Assembly (NCBI GenBank): GCA_049616955.1
Contig: JBMZIJ010000007.1
Coordinates: 4,410 to 68,409, forward strand
Length of the DNA: 64,000 bases
From: Candidatus Poseidoniaceae archaeon
GTDB taxonomy: Archaea; Thermoplasmatota; Poseidoniia; Poseidoniales; Poseidoniaceae
Reading direction: 5' to 3'
Shown here: positions 30,349 through 39,363 of the stretch, piece by piece
Position numbering within the stretch: the first letter of the stretch is position 1
Layout: each line of letters begins with the position of its first letter
Notes under the pieces: model-generated
What the model was told of the DNA's origin: nothing
Database searches by the model: none
What the model saw: the letters and a program-made list of their open reading frames with translations, nothing else
Made by a program: the position numbers and the translations under genes

Positions 30349-32099
30349 TCATCACCTCCTACAAGACCCCATGCAATCAATTGAGCCAATGCACTTCTCG
30401 TCAGGCCAAACATTCTCGTGCGGCCAACCATTCGGGCGTGTAAAATTCCTGCTTTATGCAAACGATTGCAAATTTGTGACAAACGTGCACGTTTGATCGA
30501 CAATTGTGTCAACAAGGCTTTGTCGGAGGGTGAGATGGAACGTCCTTTTGCTTCAGCGACTACAACTGCTTCGGAGGATGTAAGTGAGCTAAGAACTGCA
30601 ACACTCAAGACATGTTCTTCTTTTTGTGTCAATCGTGGCCGTGATAATGCTCGCAACTGCTCGATGAGGTTTTGATCACCATTCAATGCAGCATTTGATG
30701 GCTGGAGGACTTGTGTCAGCAACCGTGTGAACGCTTCAATTGTGTTCGAATCAAAACGATTGTTCTCATGTGCTGGAATCTCCTCCATTTCGATTTCAGG
30801 AGGTTCTTCAATCAAGGATTCAAGATCGTGTTTCTCCACCTCTTCATCGGTTGCAATCACATCGTCTAGAATTGGCACTGGTTCGTTAACCGACCAAAAC
30901 GCAGTACCCATCTCGCTTTCTCTGAATTGGCCTTCAAGCGTTGGAGTTGGTGTTCTATTCGATTCGATGTTCCGATGTCGTAATCCACCAAAGGGACCGG
31001 CGAATGGAAGGCTTTCTTCGGTGATGTAGGAATTGTCAACAATCTCTTCTCCGTTCTCCTCGTCGAGTTCTTCGATTTCTTCTGTTGGAGCCACTACTGG
31101 TTCCTCCATCGGTTCATCGAGTGTTTCGAGGTCAAGATCAAAACCAGATATTTCGGTCATCCCTGGTGTCGCCTCCCACGCCTCTTCGATGGAATCTTCC
31201 TCGTCGATTGTAGGGAGAACATCGTTAGGGTCTGCATCGAGTATCGATTCTTCGGATTCCGTTATCGTCTCGGTGATCGGCTTCGTCTCCTCAGGCGTGT
31301 ATTCAGGTTGTTGAACAGGTGAACTCGGTGCAACATAGTTTCCTGAAACAGCATTACGAAGAACTCGAATCAGTGAACCTGGCTGTCCACTTTGACTCAA
31401 TTGAAGAAGACGGTTTGCGTCTTCCGTCGAAAGCTGATAGGGTTGTGAAGAAGCCTTAGCGATACGACGCTCAACGAGGGCTTTGATGCCATCCTGATCC
31501 AACTCTGGCATGGTTCGTACCTCGAAACGCTGAAGCAATTGTTCCGAAATCAAGGATTGCTGTTGTGGATTGATAGCGATAATGATTAGCGCAGGTAGAC
31601 TCTCGAAGAAGTGGAGTGACGAACGAAGGCACGTTTCCAATGAGGTGAAATCAGCCATATCAGCATCGATGGTGATCAGTGGAAGCATCTGGCGTGAATC
31701 GTGAATCATTCGTCGTAATTCTTTGCTCAGTTTTTGGTAATCATGTGGGGGTGAATTATCGATTAATTGTGCGTACATGTCTTTCAGCAACTCGACTCCA
31801 GGTTCCGAGAATGCAATCCTATTGATGTTCAAATGCAAATTCGTTCTGGCACTCAAGCATTGCATGAAGGAGGTTTTTCCTGAACCAAATTCGCCAACAA
31901 GCAATATCCTGTTTGCCGATTTGAACGTGATTTTACGTTCGAGTTCGTCAAACATCGAATGCCTACCAACCAACAAATCGAATTCATCCTTCTCAAGTGG
32001 ACTCGACGAGAAAGGATCTTCACTCAATGATGGAAAGCCAAAGTCGACAGTATTTCCATGCATGACCGAGCAACTTTGACCAAGTATATGATATTTCAC
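30345..32099 (-). CDS. P-loop NTPase (archaeal ATPase/Orc-like AAA type) with an acidic linker and a C-terminal winged HTH
   Basis: 584 aa. LLVGRHSMFDELERKI...ILLVGEFGSGKTSFMQ (FVGRE..EL...G.RR.GKTSL pattern of archaeal ATPases). A ~180 aa Asp/Glu-rich linker. C-terminus LSIKRARLSQICNRLHKAGILHARMVGRTRMFGLT (wHTH). GTG start. Confidence 0.6.
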   Translation of the reverse strand: MKYHILGQSCSVMHGNTVDFGFPSLSEDPFSSSPLEKDEFDLLVGRHSMFDELERKITFKSANRILLVGEFGSGKTSFMQCLSARTNLHLNINRIAFSEPGVELLKDMYAQLIDNSPPHDYQKLSKELRRMIHDSRQMLPLITIDADMADFTSLETCLRSSLHFFESLPALIIIAINPQQQSLISEQLLQRFEVRTMPELDQDGIKALVERRIAKASSQPYQLSTEDANRLLQLSQSGQPGSLIRVLRNAVSGNYVAPSSPVQQPEYTPEETKPITETITESEESILDADPNDVLPTIDEEDSIEEAWEATPGMTEISGFDLDLETLDEPMEEPVVAPTEEIEELDEENGEEIVDNSYITEESLPFAGPFGGLRHRNIESNRTPTPTLEGQFRESEMGTAFWSVNEPVPILDDVIATDEEVEKHDLESLIEEPPEIEMEEIPAHENNRFDSNTIEAFTRLLTQVLQPSNAALNGDQNLIEQLRALSRPRLTQKEEHVLSVAVLSSLTSSEAVVVAEAKGRSISPSDKALLTQLSIKRARLSQICNRLHKAGILHARMVGRTRMFGLTRSALAQLIAWGLVGGDE

Positions 32100-32126
32100 G
32101 GAGGAACGGTGTTTTGCAAACGTGTT

Positions 32127-32224
32127 ATGAGACGTTAATCAAAGTGCCATGAGACGGAACACGGCTGTATTAACACATCATTAACACAAAAATAACGCGT
32201 TAGTTGAAGCGTTAAACCCGTTAA
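32127..32224. promoter_or_regulatory. Candidate operator array in the divergent promoter between the ATPase operon and hmgA
   Basis: - ATGAGACG twice (32127-32134, 32149-32156; 22-nt spacing)
- ATTAACACA twice in tandem (32169-32177, 32180-32188; 11-nt spacing)
- perfect 10-bp palindrome TAACGCGTTA (32193-32202)
- CGTTAA at 32133-32138, 32210-32215 and 32219-32224. Confidence 0.45.
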
Positions 32225-32279
32225 TTTGTTCCGATTGTTTCATGGAACCCACATTCCTCGCTAGGAGTGAGGAGACAGC

Positions 32280-33575
32280 ATGCCCGTGGACAATAGCCGG
32301 CTGAAAGGTTTCTACAAGCTCGATGTCGAAGAGCGCAGACAGATGATTGCAGAACTTGCAAGCCTAAGCGAGGAACATGTCGCTGCGTTAGCGGCGAATG
32401 GAGAGTTAAACGATGCCTCAGCAGATCGAATGATTGAGAATGTCATTGGAACCATGTCCCTCCCAGTTGGCGTGGCTACGAACTTCATTATCGATGAAAA
32501 GCACTACGTCATCCCCTTTTGCCTTGAAGAATCGAGCGTAGTTGCCGCTGCATCGAATATGGCGAAACGTTGTCATGCAATGGGAGGATTTACTTCCAAC
32601 AATGATGCTCCAATGATGATTGCCCAAATTCAACTCCTGGATGTTGACGACCATACACGAGCCATCGAACAGATTGAGGAAAGTAAAGTCGAATTGATGG
32701 ATTTAGCAAACAGTTTGCCATCGACCATGATTCGGCTTGGAGGAGGATGTAAGAACATAACAACTCGTTCACTTGAGACGCTTTCAGGCCCGATGCTCAT
32801 CGTTCACATCCACGTTGACTGTCGAGATGCAATGGGTGCAAATGCAGTGAACACGATGGCAGAACTACTTGCACCTGAGTTGGAAACCATCACATCAGGA
32901 CGCTCTTTATTGAGAATTCTGTCAAACCTAGCAACGCAACGACTTGCTCGAGTTTCTGCCACATTTACACCAGAAGAGATGAGTAATTCAGGGGATCGAA
33001 GCGATGGAGTTTCCATCATCGAAGGCATACTTGAAGCGCATCACTTTGCCATGGCAGACCCATACAGAGCGGCTACACACAACAAGGGCGTGATGAACGG
33101 CATTTCTGCCGTTGCTGTCGCCTGTGGCCAGGATTGGCGTGCAATAGAGGCAGGTTGCCATGCCTACGTTGCTTACCATCAAGGACGATATGGTTCAATG
33201 ACACATTGGGAGAAGGACGCAAAAGGCAACCTTGTTGGCACCATCGAGACACCAATGGCAGTTGGCATTGTTGGAGGCGCATCAAAAGTTCATCCCGTAG
33301 CACGAGCAAATCTTGAGATTCTCGGTGTTGAATCCGCCCAAGAATTAGCCTCTGTCATGGCTGCTGCAGGCCTTGCACAGAATCTAGGCGCATTGCGTGC
33401 ACTCGCTACAAGTGGTATTCAGAAAGGGCACATGCGATTGCATGCAAAGAACATGGCAGTAAGTGCGGGTGCAATCGGAGATGAAATCGAACGTGTTGCA
33501 CAACAACTGATCTCTGAAGAAGGTCCAAAAACACAAACAAGAGTTGCTGAAATTCTTGAAGCGTTGAGGAAGTAA
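32280..33575 (+). CDS. hmgA: HMG-CoA reductase, class II
   Basis: 431 aa. ENVIGTMSLPVGVATNFIIDEKHYVIPFCLEESSVVAAASN, DAMGANAVNTM and GHMRLHAKN match the short class II enzymes. Confidence 0.85.
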   Translation: MPVDNSRLKGFYKLDVEERRQMIAELASLSEEHVAALAANGELNDASADRMIENVIGTMSLPVGVATNFIIDEKHYVIPFCLEESSVVAAASNMAKRCHAMGGFTSNNDAPMMIAQIQLLDVDDHTRAIEQIEESKVELMDLANSLPSTMIRLGGGCKNITTRSLETLSGPMLIVHIHVDCRDAMGANAVNTMAELLAPELETITSGRSLLRILSNLATQRLARVSATFTPEEMSNSGDRSDGVSIIEGILEAHHFAMADPYRAATHNKGVMNGISAVAVACGQDWRAIEAGCHAYVAYHQGRYGSMTHWEKDAKGNLVGTIETPMAVGIVGGASKVHPVARANLEILGVESAQELASVMAAAGLAQNLGALRALATSGIQKGHMRLHAKNMAVSAGAIGDEIERVAQQLISEEGPKTQTRVAEILEALRK

Positions 33576-34175
33576 TCATTCTTCTTCAAGAGGTAATGTG
33601 GCTTGAATTAGGCCATCCTCTCCAATTTCTTTGAGTGCTTCAGAATCCATTCCATCGAATAAGCCTGCTTCAGTCACTTGTTCTCTAAACCATTTACGCA
33701 CTTTTCTTAAATCCGTATGTGGGCAACCAAAAGCTTCGGAAAATCGTCTTGTTGTCGTCAAACGTCTCGTATTTCCATCACGTCGACGCATAATCATGCC
33801 ATATTGGGAAAGTTCACGGACGTAATCATAGGCTTTCTGCCCAAGAAGTTCAACCAAACGTGATTGAGGCATTGGCTGGTGATAAGCGATCAAAGCAGCC
33901 GCTTTGAGGAGTTTCTTCGGCATTTCTGTCTTCGTTTCCTTTGGAAGGTGATCGGCTACATTCGGCCGTACTTCCATCGCCCATTTCCCACCAATCTCAA
34001 CAATTCGCAAAGCACCACCACGTCGTCGCTTGAGAGTTCCTTGCAAAGAGGTTAATGCCTCAGAAACTTCTTCTTCATCGTAACCGAGTGATTCTGAGAG
34101 TTCTTTGACCGAAAGCGACTTGCCTGAACCAAACAATATTGCCTCAAGAAGCGTTTCTAATTCCAGTTCTGACAT
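33576..34175 (-). CDS. scpB: Segregation and condensation protein B
   Basis: 199 aa. LEAILFGSGKSLSVKELSESLG, followed by a second wHTH. Last gene of the smc-scpA-scpB operon. Confidence 0.8.
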   Translation of the reverse strand: MSELELETLLEAILFGSGKSLSVKELSESLGYDEEEVSEALTSLQGTLKRRRGGALRIVEIGGKWAMEVRPNVADHLPKETKTEMPKKLLKAAALIAYHQPMPQSRLVELLGQKAYDYVRELSQYGMIMRRRDGNTRRLTTTRRFSEAFGCPHTDLRKVRKWFREQVTEAGLFDGMDSEALKEIGEDGLIQATLPLEEE

Positions 34176-34183
34176 GCAATCAC

Positions 34184-35365
34184 CTACTCAACCAACCACT
34201 CATGCTCATCGAAATCAGGGGAGGTTTCTTCCTGTTCTTGCTCAAGTTTTTGTTTTGCTTTCTCTTCAGCAAGGCGTGCTTTCTCTGCGCGCTCTTGCAG
34301 GCGTTCTGCATGCAAAACGGAGCCTGTCTTAGATTCTTCACGTGCTACCTGAGCCTCTTCGTCAGCCTCAAGCGTTGCTGCAAGTACATCCTCGAAGGAT
34401 GCCAAGTGAGGCCACAAATCTTCGATCATGATGGCATCATCAAGATTGTTTCCTTGCGTAATCGATGCCAAACCTTTGTGAGTAAGGAACAATCCAGCGA
34501 TGAACGAACTCACGCGCGCATCGTCATCATAACCTTCAGGAATGGATCCGAATGTAGATTCAAGAATTGGAACCAGGGTTGAGATTACGGATTTGAGAGG
34601 CACATTGTTTGATTGCATGGCTTTTGTTGTCTGTCGTAACGCATTCCAACATCGCTCAATATCTCCATCAAGGTCTTCATTGTGCATTCGGCCGCCCACG
34701 TTGGAAATCATTTCCTCAACTTCGATGGCATGTGCAATCCGATTCTTTTCTCGCAACTTCTGTGCATCAGCATCATCCGCAGCATCTTTGAGGGCAGAAA
34801 GCAGTTCACCTAGCGTCACTGGCCGCCCCTCTTCTCGTCGAACCCGTTCATCAAAGAGAGTCTCGAGAACATCATCTGCGCCACCTTGCAGAACTGTGTT
34901 TGTGAAATGGAACTCATGGTCGTCGTATTCTGCCTCCCATCCAAAGTCGAAGCTCGCATCCCAATCATCACCGTCGTCATGGTATTGAATACGGTCAAAG
35001 AGGTGCGCTGCTTGATAGTTGAGAACCTCCCATGCCATTCGAATCAGACGGCCACATGCAGGCAAATCGAGATCACTAGCTTGGGATTTCACGCGCTTCG
35101 TGAATTGGCGAAGGAAGGATGTCAGGTCAATGTTCCATGCATCCAAGCCTTCACTACTGACGAGCGATAGAACGAGCGCAACACTTCGATCGAATGGATC
35201 GTCAAGGGTTTGATGCTCTGCTTCCTCAGTTTGGGCGATCATGAGAATCCTATCAGCATAGGCATTGATTCCTTCAAGGTCATCGTCTCCACTTTGCAAG
35301 AGTTGATCGATCACATCCTGGCGTAAAAACCACTGATCGAGTCCTTGCTGAATCAATCCGACCAC
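34184..35365 (-). CDS. scpA: Segregation and condensation protein A (kleisin), with a long C-terminal charged extension
   Basis: 393 aa. Located 1 nt after the smc stop and upstream of scpB. The N-terminal block LSLVSSEGLDAWNIDLTSFLRQFTKRV...DLDLPACGRLIRMAWEVLNYQAAHL fits the ScpA pattern. The last ~70 aa are a charged coiled coil. Confidence 0.7.
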   Translation of the reverse strand: MVGLIQQGLDQWFLRQDVIDQLLQSGDDDLEGINAYADRILMIAQTEEAEHQTLDDPFDRSVALVLSLVSSEGLDAWNIDLTSFLRQFTKRVKSQASDLDLPACGRLIRMAWEVLNYQAAHLFDRIQYHDDGDDWDASFDFGWEAEYDDHEFHFTNTVLQGGADDVLETLFDERVRREEGRPVTLGELLSALKDAADDADAQKLREKNRIAHAIEVEEMISNVGGRMHNEDLDGDIERCWNALRQTTKAMQSNNVPLKSVISTLVPILESTFGSIPEGYDDDARVSSFIAGLFLTHKGLASITQGNNLDDAIMIEDLWPHLASFEDVLAATLEADEEAQVAREESKTGSVLHAERLQERAEKARLAEEKAKQKLEQEQEETSPDFDEHEWLVE

Positions 35366-35366
35366 C

Positions 35367-38300
35367 TCATTCGTCCAGTTCGATGGATTCTTCTTGTTCT
35401 ACATCCATCTCTGCGTTCAATTCAGAAACAGCACTTGCGAGTGCAGAACGCTCCTCAATATCCTCATTGGTCTCAGCCGTTCGCTCAGCCAATGCGGTCA
35501 TGCTTTCATCTTCTTGCATATGTTTGAGAAGCCCTCCAAGGCTTTGCGGTGCTGGAAGGGCATCGGGTACACGAGGCATCTCCGCAAGTGTTTCTCGCTC
35601 TTCCTTTGCACGTTGTTCGTTCTTCGCTGCTGCAGATTCTGCTTCCTTGAGTGCTTGTTCGCCAAGTGCGATGGCTTGTTCCTGGTCAAAGTCAATGATT
35701 CGACGGCTGCATCCATCGCCTCCATGCGTAATTCCAATGTGGTGATCGGCCAACTGTAGGGAGACCTTTCGTAATGTGACCATAATGAACTGTGCTGCTT
35801 TGCTTCGTTCCCTGCACATCTTAGCAATGCATTCAGCATTGACACTGTCAAGGTTCTGATCGACTTCATCAAAGTAGTAGAATGGACTTGGGTCATAATC
35901 CTGAATAGCGAAGATAAGGGCGAGCGCTGCCACAGATTGTTCTCCACCAGACAATTGATGGCGGGTAACATTCGAGGACTTTCCTTTTGGTTGCGCCCAT
36001 AGTTCCAAACCACCCTTGAACGGTTCTTCCTTGTTCTCGAGATAGAGTTCTCCTCGACCACCATTGCTGAGTGATTTGTAGACTTTCTTGAAATTCTCAT
36101 TGACCTTCTCAAGAACGTCGAGTAAGCGAACCTTACGTTGCTCCTCAAGTCGTTCAGCGACATCGATCAAATGCTTCTTTCGCTCTTGGAGTTTCTTGAA
36201 GTCACCTTCCATTTCGGCAAGTCGTTGTTCAACAGCATCGTATTGTTCGATAGCCCGCATATTGACTGCCCCAAATTCCTCGAGGCGGCGTTCCAAGCGG
36301 CGGATTCGCCGATCGATATCTGCGACTGAGTCCAGAACTGCTCCATCCTCTGCTGCCTGGATTCCGATGGAGTCCATTTCCATTTCAACATCGAACAATT
36401 CCTTCCGCTTTGCTTGGATCGTTCGTTCCAATTCTGTTGAAAGTGTTCGATGGCTTCGTGCTTGATTGGCTTTTTGTGTCAATGTCGAGTTCAGACCTGC
36501 TCGTTCTTCAACCAACTCGATACGTTCATCCTCAAGGCCTTTGTTCTCCTCAAGGAATTGTGCTCGTTCGGCTTCTTTCTCTGCAAGAACGGATTCGTTT
36601 TGTTCAACATTTCGCTTCAATGTAGCAACATTCTCAGTGCGCTCAGATACGGCTCGATCAATTTGACTCAAGCGCTCTTTTTCGCTTGCTACTGTTGAAG
36701 TAAGCAATGACTTACGCTCCGAGATGGAGCGGAGGGAAACCTCTGCGTTTGAGCGCATACCTTCTGCTTGTGTGCGCTTCACCGTGCATTCGTGAAGTCG
36801 ATCTTTGAGGTGTTGAGGACTTGCATCCTCAAGTGCGGATTGGGCGCTTGCACGGAGTACTTCTCCATCAGCAACCTTTGATTCTGCCTCATCGAGTGAC
36901 TCCAATTGTGTGCTCGCTAATCCTTCAAGCCGATTCAAATCTTCCTTCAGGGCTTGCACCTCACCGATGTTCTTGGAATGTGCTTTCTTGCATGTTGCAA
37001 CCTCTGAACGGAGTGTTTCTCTTCGAATTGCACCATCCTCGTTGGCAAGTTCGTTGATTTGTTGACGCAAAGATTGCTGTTCTTTGCGAACGTCAGCAAG
37101 GGCTGCAGAAACCGTATCGGACATCAAGCGTAGTCGGTCAAGTTCGGCACTCAAGCGTTCAACTTCTTTGGCTCCAGCGATACCGCCTCCAAAACTCACC
37201 GACATTCGTTGACGAGATCCACCAACCATTGCACCGCCAGCTTCTGTGACATCTCCTCGCATTGTGACAAGTCGGACACCTCCCATGTTTTGGCGAGCAA
37301 TGTCCATGTTTTGGACGATAAGCGTGTTACGCAATGCGAATTTTATCGCTGTATCAATACGCGGGTCGTACTCAAGCAATTCGTAAGCAAAACCGATGAC
37401 TCCTGGCTTTCGTGCAACCATCATAGCCTTTCCACCAGCTCTGCTGGTCGAGAGTTTGTTGAGTGGTAGGAAGGTTGCACGTCCTGCTTTTCGTTGAGCA
37501 AGCCATCGAATGGCTTCCGCAGCAACCTCATCCGAATCAACAACGACCGATGTCATTGCTCCTCCAAATGCTGTTGCAAGGGCGGTTTCATGCTCGGAAT
37601 CAATCGGAGCACACAATTCGGCAATCGTACCGATGATTCCTTTGATTTCACCGCGGTCTCGCGCTCCAAGGATCGCAGCTGCACCTCCTGCCATACCCTT
37701 CGAATTCGATTTGTTCTCCAATTCAGCTCGAGCAGATCGCAATTGCCGCTCAGTTTCGGTCATCTTCTTCTCGACGGCTGCTGATTCCTCAAGGAGACGG
37801 GATTCAGAACGCTCAGCATCAAGTATTTCCTTTGTCAGAGACGAGCGATCAACCGTCTTACCGGCTGAAGCCTCCTTGAATTCTGCTTCTTTTTCCTCGA
37901 GTTCGAGGCGTGATTCCTCAGCCGCTTCCTGGGCTTTTGCGAGATTTGCTTCAACAAGTTCGGCTTGAGCAGCAGTCCGATCAACATCGGATTGAGCTGC
38001 TGCAACCGCTTCTTTTGCTTTCTCAAGAGTTTGGATTGCATCACTCAAAGCTCGGTTGAGTTCAGCGTGATTCTTGCCAGAACCCTCGAGAAGGTTACGC
38101 ACCTTGTCTTCCTCAGACTGGGCTTCATCCAGCATTCGTTGCGCTTCTTCCATTTGGCTCTGGCTTGACTGCACTTCTTCAAGCAATGCAGTTAATGCTG
38201 TTTCAGCCTCTTGGTAGCGTTCAAGGACTTGTTCACGTTCTTGGGCGTCATCGATGTTTGCTTGCGAGGCGTCTTCGATTCGATCTTTGTCCCGATCGAT

Positions 38301-39251
38301 TTGGACTCGTAAATCATGAATTGCCTGTGAAAGACCATCCCCCTCATCGCCAAGTAAGGCGTCGATTTGTTTCTGGATCTCTCCGATTCGATCATCGAGT
38401 TCAACGAGTTTTCTGCTCCCCGATTTGACTTGTTCTTCCAAATGTGTTGCTTCCTCAACGAAGCGCAATTGTTCTGCAATTTGATGTTCCAATTCCATGC
38501 CCAAACTTGCAAACATCGCTTGATAGCGTTGTGACCGTGAAAGAAGAAGTTCATCTGTAATGGACTGAGCCTTCATAGCAACTTTCCGTTCTTGTTCAAG
38601 TTCTTTGAGACGGGCTTGTTGCTCTTCTTCAAGCATCCCAATACGCTCGAGGTACGAGTCAACGCTTTCCCTTTGCTTCTTCGCTTTCCGGATTTCATCG
38701 TCGTATGAGGTGACGCCAGCCACACCATCGAGAACCTTGCGACGTTCGATTGGTGTCATTCGGGCAAGGCCAGTTACATCGCCCTGGAGAACGATGTTGT
38801 ACCCATCTGGGCGTGCATTTGCAGCATTGAGTAGGCGGTGGAAGGATTTCTGAGAGGATTCGTCCCCATCAAGCAAGTAACTGGAAACAACATTATCTGA
38901 GGCTGTAAGACGAATCGAGCGCGTCATGCGCACCTCATCGCTTTCAATGGGCAATCGGCGACGACCATTGGAAAGGACGGGATTCCCAAAGACGAGTGTT
39001 ACAGTACAACCTCGAGCAGGTTTGTAGCCCTCTGCCCCATTGAAAATCAGTTGCTTGGTGTTTTGTGCACGAATGGTGCGAGTTGATTTTGGACCGAGAA
39101 CGAATTGAATGGCATCCCCGCAATTTGACTTCCCAGACCCGTTCGGCCCAGTGATTGCAGAAAAACCACGATCGAGAGGAATGACGACTTCCCCGCGAAA
39201 TGATTTGAAGTTCTCCATCTCCAACGCTTTTAGAAACATCCCAATCCCCAT
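35367..39251 (-). CDS. smc: SMC chromosome segregation ATPase
   Basis: 1294 aa. FKSFRGEVVIPLDRGFSAITGPNGSGKSN (Walker A), long coiled coils, a hinge (GIIGTIAELC...), signature LSGGEQSVAALALIFAI, and Walker B FYYFDEVD. About 110 extra acidic residues follow the head domain. Confidence 0.92.
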   Translation of the reverse strand: MGIGMFLKALEMENFKSFRGEVVIPLDRGFSAITGPNGSGKSNCGDAIQFVLGPKSTRTIRAQNTKQLIFNGAEGYKPARGCTVTLVFGNPVLSNGRRRLPIESDEVRMTRSIRLTASDNVVSSYLLDGDESSQKSFHRLLNAANARPDGYNIVLQGDVTGLARMTPIERRKVLDGVAGVTSYDDEIRKAKKQRESVDSYLERIGMLEEEQQARLKELEQERKVAMKAQSITDELLLSRSQRYQAMFASLGMELEHQIAEQLRFVEEATHLEEQVKSGSRKLVELDDRIGEIQKQIDALLGDEGDGLSQAIHDLRVQIDRDKDRIEDASQANIDDAQEREQVLERYQEAETALTALLEEVQSSQSQMEEAQRMLDEAQSEEDKVRNLLEGSGKNHAELNRALSDAIQTLEKAKEAVAAAQSDVDRTAAQAELVEANLAKAQEAAEESRLELEEKEAEFKEASAGKTVDRSSLTKEILDAERSESRLLEESAAVEKKMTETERQLRSARAELENKSNSKGMAGGAAAILGARDRGEIKGIIGTIAELCAPIDSEHETALATAFGGAMTSVVVDSDEVAAEAIRWLAQRKAGRATFLPLNKLSTSRAGGKAMMVARKPGVIGFAYELLEYDPRIDTAIKFALRNTLIVQNMDIARQNMGGVRLVTMRGDVTEAGGAMVGGSRQRMSVSFGGGIAGAKEVERLSAELDRLRLMSDTVSAALADVRKEQQSLRQQINELANEDGAIRRETLRSEVATCKKAHSKNIGEVQALKEDLNRLEGLASTQLESLDEAESKVADGEVLRASAQSALEDASPQHLKDRLHECTVKRTQAEGMRSNAEVSLRSISERKSLLTSTVASEKERLSQIDRAVSERTENVATLKRNVEQNESVLAEKEAERAQFLEENKGLEDERIELVEERAGLNSTLTQKANQARSHRTLSTELERTIQAKRKELFDVEMEMDSIGIQAAEDGAVLDSVADIDRRIRRLERRLEEFGAVNMRAIEQYDAVEQRLAEMEGDFKKLQERKKHLIDVAERLEEQRKVRLLDVLEKVNENFKKVYKSLSNGGRGELYLENKEEPFKGGLELWAQPKGKSSNVTRHQLSGGEQSVAALALIFAIQDYDPSPFYYFDEVDQNLDSVNAECIAKMCRERSKAAQFIMVTLRKVSLQLADHHIGITHGGDGCSRRIIDFDQEQAIALGEQALKEAESAAAKNEQRAKEERETLAEMPRVPDALPAPQSLGGLLKHMQEDESMTALAERTAETNEDIEERSALASAVSELNAEMDVEQEESIELDE

Positions 39252-39261
39252 TTGGTCGAAA

Positions 39262-39276
39262 TTGACCTTAGGTCAA
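39262..39276. repeat. Perfect inverted repeat TTGACC-TTA-GGTCAA, 11-25 nt upstream of the smc start codon
   Basis: Read directly: TTGACC (39262-39267), TTA spacer, GGTCAA (39271-39276). Confidence 0.5.
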
Positions 39277-39363
39277 ACACCGGACATCGAGGACATTTAA
39301 ACAATCGGTTGATTATGCGTCGGAGCAACTCGTTTTTCGGGTCTCAAATGAACGCCGTTTTGC

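Noticed and set aside
35498-36163. 221 aa minus-strand ORF inside smc
   Set aside because: An alternative frame inside the SMC coding region. SMC motifs (LSGGEQS, Walker B) are read in the main frame across this interval.
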